Positions 43,167-57,255 of a stretch of DNA of 64,000 bases are shown here, piece by piece (the stretch's first letter is position 1; every line of letters starts with the position of its first letter). The translations under genes were made by a program, and so were the position numbers. Under the pieces are notes generated by a model, which made no database searches, was not told where the DNA came from, and saw only the letters and a program-made list of their open reading frames with translations. Source of the stretch: the human T2T-CHM13v2.0 reference genome, Homo sapiens. The stretch is taken from NCBI RefSeq assembly GCF_009914755.1, contig NC_060945.1. One strand, given 5' to 3'.

Positions 43167-44327
43167 CATGTGAAAAGACCCTTTACAATTCACTTCCTCA
43201 TAAGGCAATAGATGTTTCCTATAGGAATGTGGCCTACCTTGTGTCCTAGATGTTAACCAATAATTACCATTAATTTCCAGTATAAGCCATCTGGCAATAT
43301 GCTGGGCCTCAAAGAGAAATATGACTAAAGTATATTTTGAGACTTCTTCATCAAGGGACCTAGAATGTAAAATGGATAAGTAATAAATCACTAACTAGAG
43401 GCCCTTTATGAAACACAAGATTTAACATTTGGTTTAGAACCTTAGGGTGTAGGGCAAATTCACTCCACAGTTAAGTAGAAGCCTAGAAAATGTAATCGTC
43501 TATGCTACATGAAGTTTAAATATATGTTTCTATGCCAGATGGTAGAGGAAGGAATTTTTAAAAAGCTCAGAAAAGTAGCTGTGATAAAATGAGGTTGTGT
43601 GAGGCCATGAAACTTACCAGATGATTGTCATATATGAGAGGTCCCAGAAGACCCACTATTCACTAAGATCATCAGAAATATGCTGTTAATTAGGGCACCA
43701 ACATCATAAAAGATTAGCTATCTTTTGCAGATCAGGACTGATGGTAGAAGAGGTAGTCACAGGGTTTAGTTTGTTAATAGTGATGGAGAATATGACATCC
43801 TGGATCAACAGAGACCAGATGGTGGCACATAACCACAGAATTCATAAGAATTGGCAAAGTCAGAAAGTCAGACACTGGGAGTTGTAGTGACAGTGGAAGC
43901 TGTCTTCTTTAGAAGTAAAAAATAAGGTTCTATTTAATATCTACACTCAGAAGAGGGTAAGAGGGTGATGAGAGTCATCCCAATAAAAATCGTGGTTCTT
44001 TGCTCTATTCCTGGACCAGTTACAATTTGGATACCCAAAGTCTCATTGTGGATCCCCTTTTTCAGTCTGGAATTACAGGGACCATATAATAAATGAGGTC
44101 CAGTAGGTGCGCTGCTGGGATTGATGTTCTTAGCAGTTGGAGTAACCAATAGTAAGAGCTATAGCAGCAGGAAGGACTGGGAATATATTAGCATCTTAAT
44201 GGGGATGACAGGGCCTGTAAGTACAAGTACTGGAACTTCAAGGACAAGGAGTACTGTGTTAGAGGAATATGGAGGCAGCATATATAACAAAGTGGACAAC
44301 AGATTGTCCATATGCTGACAGTATTTG

Positions 44328-44441
44328 GTTTGTTTGTTTGTTTGTTTTGAGACTGAGTCCCACTCTGTCAGCCAGACTGGAGTGCAGTGGCTCACTGCAA
44401 CCTCCGCCTCCCAGGTTCAAGCGATTCTCCTGCCTCAGTCT
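44328..44441 (-). mobile_element. 5'-truncated Alu (partial right arm)
   Basis: (GTTT)n tail plus right-arm sequence. TSD ctgac(a/t)gtatttg. Confidence 0.88.
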
Positions 44442-44687
44442 CTGACTGTATTTGTTTTTGGACACCCCAGGACACACCAATATAAACGGAGTCATAACAG
44501 TGGCAGAGATGGGGTTAAGCATGGTTCCAAGTACAGAGACTTTTATACTTTCCAAGACCAATTTATTTACTAATGTTTACAATCCTTGCATATTTAACAG
44601 GGATCAGCATCATATATCACTATTTCTCAAAGATTATCTGGTCTCTTGATGGCAAATCTACAATATTGAAACCTTTGAAAGAGAAAT

Positions 44688-44940
44688 TGTGTTTTGTGAG
44701 TTACATGACTACCGTTTGCATCCAAGGTCTCCTCTGTAGTCAAGAGAAGAATGCAGAAACTACATGTCCAAGAATCTCTTTCCAGGTTAGAGTTTACCAG
44801 TGGGATTAAATCATGTGAATATTGGAAGGAAGAGAAAAACAAATTCCGATATTCTCAGGCAAGCATTGTGACCAGAGGTAGAAACTCATGGCAGCCAGAT
44901 GAGGTGGCTGCATAGACTTCTTTGCAAACTCTCATTTCAT
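44688..44940 (+). mobile_element. LTR33-like ERVL LTR fragment
   Basis: gaatgcagaaactacatgtccaagaatctctttccaggttagagtttaccagtggg resembles LTR33. Confidence 0.5.
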
Positions 44941-45708
44941 GGTTGTATTGTCAAGAGTTCTGCATCTCAAACCTTTTTACAGAGGATACACAGCTCAATT
45001 AAAAATTTTAAGGGATAGTATACTGAACACATTTTCCAATAAAACTTATTTTATTTTAGCTTGAATTTCTCCACATATAAAATTTATAGAAAATGGATAT
45101 ATTCTATTGATGATTATAATTTAACCTTTAGATGAATTATTTGTTAACATCTTGCATCTTGATACAAACATTATTCTTCATATAATCACTTTATTTTTGT
45201 GTTTAACTGAGGCCCTGTTGTTACAGACTCTAGACAGCTTATACGTATTTGGACAAGGCAACGTGATGAAGAAATAATATAATTGTAGGATCACCTCTGT
45301 CCAGTAGCTGTTATCCAACATCTGCATACTTAGATTTCTGGAGAGGTAGGTAAACTACTGTATTAGAAAACACTAGAAGTGCATGATTGTATTTTTCATG
45401 TCCAAAGTCTAACACATTAAAAGAGAAAAGGATTCGAAAATTATCTACTTTGAAAGTTTTAAACAAAAGTGAATTTTCTTGGTTAAATATCCTATTTAAT
45501 TGCCTTTCTAAAAATAGCCTAAATGTCCATTGTTTGATATATGTGGTGAGATATTTTTTAAAGTACTTAATTATAATGTTTTATTTGATGAGACTAGCTA
45601 TTTGGTATTTTTTTAAATGGAAAGGGGGCAAACATACTTAATAAAATGCAAAAATAGTACTGGAAAAATATTTTAAATGATTGCTAAGTATTTTAGTGAA
45701 TACCTAAT

Positions 45709-46103
45709 TGCATTAATTTGCTGAGACTGCCATAACAAAATAAGACACATTAAATGGCTTGAACAACATAAATTATTTTCACACAATTCTGGAGGCCAGA
45801 AGTTTAAGAACATGGTGTCTGCAGGTTTGACTCCTCCTGAGGCTTTTCCACTCTGCTTGCAGTTGTGTGCTTTCTCACTGTATCCTCACACTGTCTCCCT
45901 CTGTCTGTGTGTTCTACAATCTAATCTCCTCTTCTTACAAGGATACCAGTCATATTAAATTAAATCTGCACCCTAACGACCTAATTTAATTTAATTAGCT
46001 CCTTAAATATTTTATCTCCAAATACAGTTACATTCTGAAGTACTACAGATTAGGACTTCAACATATTAATTCTGGGGGGAGGGACACAATTCAACTCATA
46101 GCA
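45709..46103 (-). mobile_element. MLT1A/B-like solo LTR
   Basis: gactgccataacaaaata...caattctggaggccagaag...gggacacaattcaactcatagca. Confidence 0.85.
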
Positions 46104-46184
46104 CTTGTGTTGTTCATCTCATAGAAATATAACTTTCTATGGGTCTTTCACAACAATGAATGTTAGATGAATGCTATGGTTTGA

Positions 46185-46533
<349 letters not shown>

Positions 46534-46561
46534 AATACAATGATATTAAGAGGTTGATGCT

Positions 46562-46676
46562 TGTATACATGTGTAACTAGCCTGCACATTGTGGACATGT
46601 ACCCTAAAACTTAAAGTATAATAATAATAAAATAAATAAATAAATAAATAAATAAAAATAAAATAAATAAAAAATA
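46562..46676 (+). mobile_element. Young L1PA (PA2/3-like) extreme 3' end
   Basis: tgtaactagcctgcacattgtggacatgtaccctaaaacttaaagtataataat plus a (TAAA)n tail. TSD aagagg(t)tgatgctt. Confidence 0.9.
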
Positions 46677-48649
46677 AAGAGGTGATGCTTTAAAGAGGTG
46701 ATTAGGTCATGAGGACTTCTTCCCTCATTAGTTGGACTAAGGTCCTTATACAAGAGGCTTCACACACCATTTGGTTCTAGCTGTGCTTCTGCCTCCCACC
46801 ATGTGAGGACACAGCATTTCCCCCTCTGGAGGATTTAGCAACAAGCAACCATCTTGGAAGCAGAGAGCAACCATTTCCTAGACAACCAAACCTGCTAGAG
46901 CCTGGATCCTGAACTTCTCAGCCTTCAAAATTATGAGAAATACTTTTCTGATTATTATTAGCTACCCAGTTTCAAGTATTTTGTTATAGAAGCACAAAAT
47001 GGACCAAGATGATGAATTTCTGAGACTGCTGACACCATCATAGGAGCAACATGTTTATTGTGTAATCTCTTGAGACTTATCTCAAGTTAGAAAGAAGGAG
47101 GAATAGATTCTACTGCCCACAGACAAAGATTCTTTGAACTTTGGATTTTGATGGATCTAAGCACAATATTTAATTGTGAGTACATGTTATTAAACTGAAG
47201 AACAAAAGAAAGTTATATGTATTTATAGATGTTTGTGGAGAAAGATGAAAAAATATTGACAATACTCGACCTGTACAATGCAGAGTTGATGAAATTCAGA
47301 AAGTATGATTGCAGGAAAACAAAGCTAGTTGGCTTCCAACTGGTAAAAGTTCACACTATGAAGAATTAACTCCCTCACACTTCCTGTCTGTATAGCCCTA
47401 TGCCTTCACAAGAACAAGTTCCCACACCAGGGTCAAGAAGGAAACCGTAAGTCAAGACAAAAGTGCCCAGTGAAGGCAGAAGATGAGGGGTCTCAGGTTG
47501 CATCTTCGGAGGCACGAGGATTCAAAGGTGAACAAAGCACACAGTACATCATTTGATGTGGTAAGTTTCATGGACATAGAAGTAAGGGGGATGAAATGTC
47601 GAGGTGTGTGTGGCGGGGGAGGAGGGGAATTCAAATGATATTCTGATCATTAAATAAACTTGAAACAAACTTGGAAAGGTGAAGTAAAACAGCAGCCATT
47701 TTCCTGACACTCAAGGATTGCTTCTGCAGGTGGAGAAAACGACAGCTTCAGATATTCTATGATGTACAGATGCCATTTATCAAATTCTTTGATTTCAAGT
47801 AATAATGGTGTTGGTGCAGCCAGAGTTGCAAAAGAGGACTGTTGATTCCAACACAGTCTCAAAGATGGTTGAATTATGTGCTTCTACTAATGTGTCTGTT
47901 ATTCTGGAGCCCATATTTGGAAACCCAGTCTAAAAAATGCATCTTAATCCCTATCTATGATTTTGAAACCATTTAATTATTTACTTCTCCATATGTCTGA
48001 AGGCAGTACTACACATTGGAAGTTTGAGGAAATAGGATACTTAAATATTTATTTAAGATAATTGAAGAGTAATTAGTCCAGGGAAAGATTATAGGATTCC
48101 CTAGAGGTATAGGGCCTACTGGAGGTGATCAAATTAAAATGAAGTCATTCATAATGATTTTTTTTCACTAGTCCTCTCATGCCTGCATGATGAGAAGATA
48201 TGAACAAGTAAATAATTGGACTTAACCTGTGCTTTTCCTACTTGCATAAAATGAGGATGTTAATGGGAATTGTGGATATGTGAAAGATGAAGATTATGAT
48301 GATAGGCCACAGAATTTAAGTTTAGTAAAATGGAAAGTGAGAGCATTTGGTGGTTAGAGAGTAAAAAGGTAGTAGAAACCATGGTTTGGACAAGGCAATT
48401 AAATAGGAGTGAAGTAGAGCAAATAAAAGGAAACACTATTAAGGCAGAAGGTTGATACTATAGAATTCTGAGATAATAATAAACTATTGTTTGGAAATAA
48501 AATTTGTTTATATTTATACTTGCTTATTTTACCATCTCATTTTTTGGTTAAAGTTACAAGAAGTAGAGTTATGTCCTAGTTTTCTGTAACCAGTGACAAT
48601 AGTAAAAACAAGAATTAATTGACCACATACTATTTTTGAGACTATTTTA

Positions 48650-48830
48650 TGTGATTTTATTGATTAAATAATTGATATTTCAAACAACTCTGTGAAAAAG
48701 GAAATATCACTAAGCCTATTACATAGACAAAAAAGAAGAGCAGAGAAGCAAAGCATCACAGGGCTGGTAAATTGCAGAGCTGAGATTAGAACGAAGTAGT
48801 TTGACTTTAGAGCCTGCGTGCTTACCTGGA
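48650..48830 (-). mobile_element. MIR SINE
   Basis: caaacaactctgtgaaa...ctggtaaattgcagagctgagattagaac...tttgactttagagcctg. Confidence 0.75.
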
Positions 48831-50350
48831 CTTTTTCACTTTCTTGACCAGAATTTAGATCTGATTTCTAGCTATCTTTCTTTTTTCCCACATAGCCATT
48901 TTATCTGACTGAAAGATTATAGAAATATGTGCACAACTGGACTGAATACTTGATTGTATAGTTAACTCATAGTGATGCCAGCCTCTAAAATGGCTTACAT
49001 GATGAAATGAAGAAGTATCTCTGCTATAAAGGCTTTGGAGTAATGTATTTGTGACCATATTTGTTCATGTTTGTAACAACATCAGACTAAAATGGAGAGT
49101 TCTGATCGGCTGCACAATAACCACTGTGCAAACATTCAGCACAGTCATCAAAATATCAAAAACAGAAAAAAAAAAATCCAGGTAATGTAAGGCTATAATC
49201 ATTTCAGAATATTTATTAAATTTAAATTCATTGTAAATAATTCTGAATCTCATACCTCATTATCACAGACTTAATCTAGATAATAAATATAAAAATTACA
49301 TTAAAAATTCTGTAAACTATAAAAAAATTAAAAAGGATTTGATACAGACTTGAGTTTTGGTTTGTTTATAATCTTGACTGTTGCTATATTGACCCTTAAT
49401 TTCAACAGTCACTGAAAATCATAAGGTAAAATTACTTCCCAGTTTTTTTTTAAGTTTCTTAATTAGAATTTGCTTTCTGAGAACACTCAAAACAGCTTTA
49501 TGTGCCATGCAAAGTAATTAGGGGAATTCTTATTACTCTTGCAACTAGGAGATGGAAGCATCAAAAAATTAATTGAATAATAAATATCACCATAGGGAAA
49601 CAACATTATTTGAATATCACCATCCTTCTGGCTTGAATCCCAGAATGAAGGAAACTGATGGATTTTCAGAAAGGTAGGAAACAATGTACAGGTTTTGTTT
49701 TCAATAATTTTTTATTCAATTCTGTACATGAAGCAAATATTTTACTTCTAAAATATCGGTCATCGTTTTTCCATTATCTGAAATTCTATAGGAAACTCCA
49801 AGAATGCAAAAGTGGTCATATGTGTGTTTGTGTTTGTGTGTGTTTGTCCATATATTCATTTTCTCAAATGTACTATATAAGAGCCTCATTAATACTGAAG
49901 ACTGCAAAATAAATCATAAAAATATTTCAGCACTGGTTCCAATTCAGGCAGAATAAGTGGAACATACATCTGCTGCATGTTTTATTTTATTATTTAAAAT
50001 ATCCAACAATAAAATGGAAGATGAAATGGTTTGCTCATTTAATTTCCAGATATCACCTCATTTTGAAGAGATAAATGTGGTATCACCTGGAGATTGTTAC
50101 AAAATATTTCAAATGGAAAGGCAAGTGTAAAACCCAGAATAACATTGTGAAGCCAATATTGATCAATAGGTGGAGCATATTACCGGAAACAGGAAATTGT
50201 TACGTTGAATGATTTCTCCATTTAGGTGCTACAGGGGCATGAGAGGCCATTGGAATTCTACCTTATGGGTCTCTTCCCCACTGCTAACTATGTAAACTTG
50301 TGTTCTTGCACCTCTGAGGTGTGATCTGATATCATTTCTACAATCCTCCA

Positions 50351-51433
50351 TGTATTAGTCTGTGTTCACACTGCTTTAAATACCCGGGACTTGGTAATTT
50401 ATAAAGGAAAGAGGTTTAATTAAGTCACCATTTGGCATGACTGAGGAAGCCTCAGGAAACTTACAATTATGGTGGAACAGGAAGCAGACACTTTCTTCAC
50501 AAGTTGGCGAGAAAAAGAATAGCAAAGGAGAAACTTTCAAACACATAAAAACCCATCAGATCTGATGAGAACTCACTCATTTTCACAAGAACCGCATGGG
50601 GGAAGCTGCCCCCATAATCCATTACCACCTCCCTTCCACAACACCTGGGAATTGCAGGTCCCTCCCTTGATACATGGGGATTAAATTCAAGATGAGATTT
50701 GGGTTGGAACACAGAGCCAAACCATATCATTCTGCCCCTTGCCCCTAGCAAATCTCATGTCTTTTCACATTTCAAAACCAATCATCCCTTCCCAACAGTC
50801 CCCCAGTCTTAACTCATTCCAGCATTAACTCAAAAGTCCACAGTCTGAAGTCTCATCTGAGACAAGGCAAGTGCCTTCCACCTATGAGCCTGTAAAATCA
50901 AAATCAAGTTAATAACTTTTATACCATGGGGATTTAGGCATTGCATAAATGCTCCCATTCCAAATGGGAGAAATAGGCCAAAACAAAGGGGCTACAGACC
51001 CCATGCAAGTCCAAAATCCAGTGGGACAGTCATTAAATCTTAAAGCTCCAAAATGATCTCCTTTGACTCCATATCTCACATCCATGGAACGAGAGTGAGC
51101 AATGTATTAAAGAAACAGGTTTAATTGACTCACAGTTCATCATGGCTGGGGAGGCCACAGGAAACTTACAATTATGGTGGAAGGGGAAGCAGGCAACTTC
51201 TTCACAACTGGGCAGGAAAGAGAAGACTGGAGGAGAAACTTCCAAACACTTATAAATTCATTAGATCTCATGATAACTCACTCACTATCATGAGAACACC
51301 ATGGAGAAAACCATCCCCAGGATCCAATCACCTCCCTCCCTTGATACTTGGAGATTACAGGTCTCTCCCTTGACATGTGGGAAATACAATTCCAGATAAA
51401 ACTCGAGTGGGGACACAGAATCAAACCATGTCA
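50351..51433 (-). mobile_element. MSTA-like provirus with internal deletion (LTR 50351-50729, internal 50730-~51085, partial LTR ~51100-51433)
   Basis: Two direct-repeat LTRs, a reverse-complement polypurine tract at 50730, and TSD ctcca/ctcta. Confidence 0.88.
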
Positions 51434-52649
51434 CTCTACCACCACAATTACTCTGTTATTCGCCAACAGGAAATATTTTACTTCTTCAAAAAAGGCACTT
51501 TCACCTGTTTTCTTTATTGCTATGTGATGTTCATTCAATCTCACTTACCCAGTGCAGTTTCCCCAGGCCCAGAGATTTCTGGTTAACACCTATTCTTGGC
51601 ATCTTAGTTGGTTATCAATTTTTTCCAGAATATATTTATTGACCACTACCCCACTCCATTCATTTTGATTAAATGTGTTAAACATAACCCATGAAACCAG
51701 CACTTTCATGTCAATCTATAGTTTTCATAATCTTAGAATTCTTCAGATTTTATTGAACTTAGTTTTGTTCATTTAACCCTCAAACTTGTAAGCTTGGTGG
51801 AATTTTGGTTTGGGGTTCTTTATATCTCTAGTACTTAGCACTAAGCATGGCATAAGTTCTCAAGAAACATTGACATTAATTGGTGATTTGTTAAATTTTC
51901 ATTTTATTCCCAAGGAGGTTCTTACTTCACAGGTTATTCATATAACATTTTGCAAAGTAAAAATGTTAAAAACTAATCATATTTTTAACTGTATGTGCTT
52001 TCCATTTGTATATGTTCCATGTGAGTATTTTAAATTTATAAGCATAACGTATACATTTAAAGCAATATACAAAACCTAGAATAAGTATTTTCTACAAATT
52101 TAAAAAACTATACAAATAAATTAAAAATATAGATTTTAGCAATTCTGATTTCTTCAGGATCTGCAGGACAACAGCCGCTTGTTTGTGATTTAAAAGCACC
52201 AATAAAATTGAATATGAATCACATGAATAAGCAGACCCCCACTCAAGATTCAGGTACTGCAAGGTGTCTGCATTTCGAGACAACACAGGGTTTCAATTAC
52301 AGCAATTACTCAAGATGTTAACAAGGGATACTACTGTAAGATTTTTATGATGGTCAAAGGATAAAATACAGCAGTAGAAAGAAAATACAGACAAACATCT
52401 AAGATGATTGAGACATTGAGGCATATCTTCCAGGGTTAACTGTCAATCACACAGGATGTAATTTGTCTCCAGACCATGAACTGCCAAAAATGTATAATAT
52501 CTTGGCTTGGGGAAGACTCATTCATACTCAAGGTGGTGTTTTTTATATTTTATAACCCTCTGGAAGCATGGCCATATTCAATAGCAGAAATAGGTCAAAA
52601 CAGTCACCAGATGCAAACATGCATTCTGGATATATTCTGTACAGAATGG

Positions 52650-52950
52650 ATTGGAAAGGTTGCATTCCTTCTGGAAGAGGTAGGGAAGAACAATTTCCTT
52701 GACTTTTCCAGGTTCTAGAGGCCACCAGCATGTCTCAGCTTGTGTCTCCACATCCCTCCAAATTCTACTTCTTCTCATTACATCTTTTTTTGACTCTGAT
52801 CCTCTGACTCCATCCTATAAGGACCTTGTGATCACATGCAGGGTAACCTCTCCATCTAAAGATCCTCAACTCATCACATCCACAAAGTTCCATATACAAT
52901 GTAAAGTAATATCAGTATCAGATATTAACAGGTAGAAATCGTTTTGGAGG
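52650..52950 (-). mobile_element. MLT1 (C/D-like) LTR fragment
   Basis: tgcattccttctgga...tttccttgacttttccaggttctagaggccacc...tataaggaccttgtgatcaca. Confidence 0.7.
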
Positions 52951-54339
52951 AGATCCCACAGCCAGTTTTTAATTTGGGCATTGGGTGTTGGCAGAGGAAC
53001 CAAGTGTAAATTATACCCCACCTGTTTAAATTCTCATAGATTGGTGGGATAATAATTATCCTGTACATCGATTTACTGTACTTCTACTAACAAGATGCTT
53101 CACCTGTCTGTTTGAATATCTGTAGGAATATGCCTCATTTTTCATCTTGAATCAGTGTCCATGATCTTTCCCAAATTTGACCTCCTTTAACATGTTGTCC
53201 AACTGTTTGCTGAGTTTGTGTAATCTATTTTTAAATCTATATTATGTGTTCAAATTTCTTGACACTTTTTAAATATCATCCCTTCTAATTAGCCAATAAA
53301 ATCAACGTTTTTTCCCTCAATATGACTGTTTTTTAGGTTCATTTATCCTTTTCTAGGAATCCTATTTTTATGTCAATTATATTTAAGTCTCTTTTTCACA
53401 GCAACATTTAAAGGTATGATCATGATGTCGTGTTTAGTGACCAAGCTTTTCTTAGGATTTCATAAATTTAATCCATTTCCTGCCACTGCAATTTTAGGCA
53501 GAGAAAAAAAAAATAGAAGAAGTGAAAATGTATGTAAATTCCTATGCCATTCCCCATTATCGCTTTCCTATATTCCTTACCTTATCTCAACCATTGATTA
53601 GATGGTGACCTCTTCACTTCTACATACATTTGTTCAATCATGTGACTCATCTCTTCGGTCTTTTCTGAAACCTCAGTTTTACAAACAGGTGTTTCAATTG
53701 TCCTTTTTTTTTTAAATCAGTCCACTATCTTGTGACTTGTAAGGAAAATGATACTTTCATCGTACATGTTTCTTAACCTCAAACAAGTGTTATGGTGCAC
53801 CTGCAGAAAAATGATCTCTTCATCATTTGACAAAGCAGTGGATCCAAACTGAAATAATGTTTCTAGCCAAAGACCCCTAGTATCTTTATGGCATCTTGTT
53901 CAGGTACCAGATATCAGATATGCAAGTCCAAATCCAGAATCAATATAATTTAAGTCAGTATCCCCTAATTATTCAGTTAGAATCCTGGAAGGTGGTTAAA
54001 TGTAACAGATATGTCATTTATGGGTCAGCCTGATCCTCTTGGTAACATGAAACATAACTGTCTTTAGGCTTATATGTCTTTTGACAAAAGGCAAAGTGTT
54101 ATTCAAAGTTAAATTTTTGAAGAAGAAAGTGGAGTATTCTCCTTTTATTCTGCTAATTGTTGCATTGCTCAAATGACTTAATTACCTCTCATTATGTCTA
54201 CCTAAGAGGCCACTTCCAATAAAAGATTGAGGTCATCAGTTTGTTTATTTTATTCCCCTGCTGAAGTAAGAAATGCTTTTTTTTTCCTTCTCTAACTGCA
54301 TGATAATTTTTCATAATAAGCACTCGACACTGTGATTCC

Positions 54340-55200
54340 TTTTAGTTTCCAGTCATTTAAGGCCCATTTTTTGACCACATAGCCAGTTTATTGGCTACTG
54401 TCCAAAACTGATATAAATCCATACACTATTATTATTATCACTCCCCAGTTTCTCTGATAGCATGGGCAACACCATTTTCTTCCCAATGAGTGGATTTACC
54501 TTCACCCCTTATGAAGTACGTGCAATTATCCACCAGTTGTAGTACAGCTGCTTCCAGATTGAAGGCCAGCTCTCCACCGTTGAAAAGTAAACCCTGCTGT
54601 GTTTTTTTTGTTTTTGTTTTTGTTTTTGTTTTTGTTTTTTTGTTTTTTTGGTTGGTTTGTTTGTTTTTACTGAGATGGAGTCTCAATTTGTCACCCAGGC
54701 TGGAGTGCAGTGGCGCGATCTTGGCTCACTGCAACTTTCGCCTCCTGGGTTCTCCTGCCTCAGCCTCCCTGTAGCTGGGATTACAGGTGGGCGCCATGAT
54801 GCCCAGCTAATTTTTTGTATTTTTTAGTAGAGACGGGGTTTTGCCATGTTGGCCAGCTGGTCTCAAACTCCTGACCTCAGGTGATCTGCCTGCCTCAGCT
54901 TCCCAAAGTGCTGGGGTTACAGGTGTGAGCCACCGTTCCTGGCCAATCTGCTGCTTGTTTAGCAACCTCCAGTAACTGATCATATATAGGAACTCATTTG
55001 GCAGTGAAGTGAGGGCAACTCCTCAGGAGGAACCAAAATAACAAGACTCAAAGACATGGAAGAAACTCTTCATGTAGGCAATATGTGCCTCCAGGGGTCC
55101 TCCGACACAGGTGCTTGAGCATTTGATGTGGAAACATGTTTGTACATTTCCCTCCCTACTGGAATGTTGTTCTGACATAGTCCATTTCATGATGGGTATA
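54340..55200 (-). mobile_element. ERVL pol (RNase H region) remnant split by an Alu
   Basis: Translation ...LLFNGG...AAVLQL...GEGKSTHWEE resembles the ERVL RNase H pattern WFTDGS...AAALQP...GEGKSSQWAEL. Confidence 0.6.
54602..54944 (-). mobile_element. AluSx-like
   Basis: Antisense dimer with a (GTTTTT)n tail and a small internal deletion (gggttc/tcctgcc). Confidence 0.93.
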
Positions 55201-55682
55201 TGATATCAAATAATAATTTATGCATTCTTATAATGAAGAATTTTAATAATAATAATAATAAAAGCAGTTTTAAATAAAGCCCAGAATAACAGTTGCCTTT
55301 CAAAGAAATGTATTTAGTAGCAGCCTCAAGTCACTTTATAGTAAAATCTTAACAGTTATGGGTGGCAGTTAAGAACTTATTCCAAAATTCCTAGTAATGT
55401 GAGTACAGTGGCTGACATTTCAAATACCGTTGAACCTGTTTGGCATTCTCAGAGGAATTATCTGGGTTATTACTCTTTGAAGCTCCAAGAGAGATGGCTT
55501 TTGCTCAGAGTCCCATGCAAATTAACTTTCATAAAAATAAATTGGTAAACACAAAACAAAGAAAAAAATAGTTTGAATAATAGGTTAGTATGTTCCTCAA
55601 TATAGTATGAAATTTCTCTAGAAACCAAAAATCCTATTAGTCTTGTGCACCTTTTTGGATTTGGAGCTTGCAGAGAATAACT

Positions 55683-55713
55683 TGTATGTGTATGTGTGTG
55701 TGTGTGTGTGTGT
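55683..55713. repeat. (TG)n microsatellite
   Basis: Direct reading of the sequence. Confidence 0.9.
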
Positions 55714-56109
55714 AAGAGCTCTAGTATCTCTGACCCAGGTAATTCCTAATAATTTCACCATTTTGCTGTCCCAGTATTTTAACCAGCTATTTATTAGTTA
55801 ACCCCCAGTTGTCAAACGATGAGTCCAGGGAGAAATGAACATTATATCATAAACATAATGAATTACAATATTTTAAATAAAAATCTAAACCTCAGGTTGT
55901 CGTGATAAGAAATATAATTTTAATATTTCTGGGGGTGAAAATAAACATGTATTGGAATCAACCCCACAGGAATACAAATAATGTTTTATTTTCTCCTGAA
56001 AAGAAAGCATTAATCAAATAGGTTACAGAATAAAATGACCCTTAGCTTGTTGGTTAGTGGTAGGATAACCTATAATCTGTATTTTTAAAAAATAAAATAA
56101 CAATAATAC

Positions 56110-57255
56110 CAAAATACCTTGATCACAACCTCACTTTATACAAAAATTAACTTGCAAATCAATCATAGAAAGAAATATTTTAAAAGTACAAAATATTTGC
56201 AAACCTAGGGGAGGTAAATATTTCTTGGCCAGGACATGAAAGCGCTACATATGAAATAGAGGACAAATGGGTTACATCCAAGTTAAAAATATCTATTCAT
56301 TACAATATTTTTTTTGTAGAAAAAGAAATGGCACCAATACATAAATTAACCAAAAAAAAAACATATTCATAACTAAAAAGCTTTAAATAGAGTACAAAAA
56401 ACACTCCAACAACTCAATAATGAGAAGATATTAAAATTAAATAATACACAAAAAGACTGGAACAGGCAATTCACAACAAAAGTTATGTAAATGGAAAACC
56501 AGTGGGTAAAACAATACTCAATATATCATTAGTCATGAAGGGAATGCAAATTAAGAACAACAAGATACTACTATTATTCAGTGCACTAGCATGGCTTAAA
56601 TTTGAAAGAACGACAACACCAAATGTTGCTGAGGACATGAAACAACCGGAATCCATTATACTGAAAAGACCATATAATGGTATATCCATTTTACAGTCTA
56701 TATGACAATTTCTTATCAAGCTAAACACACATTCATTCTTTCACAAAGAAGTTTAACTTACAGTTATTCACCAAAGATAAATGAGAGTATATAAGCACAG
56801 GAAGAATTTATACTAATGTTCATAGAGCTCTGATTTTTAAAAAATCTAATACTGTAAACAGCCCAAGTGATAGTATAGCCATGCAATGGAATATTACTCA
56901 ACAACAACAAAAATAAATGTTGCAAATAGTCATTGCCAATAATGCAACAATATGGAAGAATCTCAGTTTATGTTGAATGAAAGAAGCCAAACAGAAAATA
57001 TTGTACAATTTCACTTATAAGAAGCTCTAGAACAGGCACAATTATGATAGTGAAGATCAGATCAATGTTTGCTTTAGATAGGACATGAAAGAGATTTCCT
57101 AAAAGGAAAAACAGGATCTTCCTAAGGTGATGATAATGGTCTGTATCTTTGCTGAAATGGTGAGTACAGAAACAAACATATTTGTCATTGAGCTTGCACT
57201 ACAAATTATTGAGCTGTACACTAACCTATGCATTTTATTGCATGATATATTCTAT
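56110..57255 (+). mobile_element. Old L1 (L1ME/MC-type) ORF2 end plus 3' UTR
   Basis: cattagtcatgaagggaatgcaaattaagaac; caatggaatattactca; tatgttgaatgaaagaagccaaac. Confidence 0.82.

Noticed and set aside
52280-52650. Possible MER21/MER77-like LTR fragment
   Set aside because: The resemblance is too weak to call by eye.
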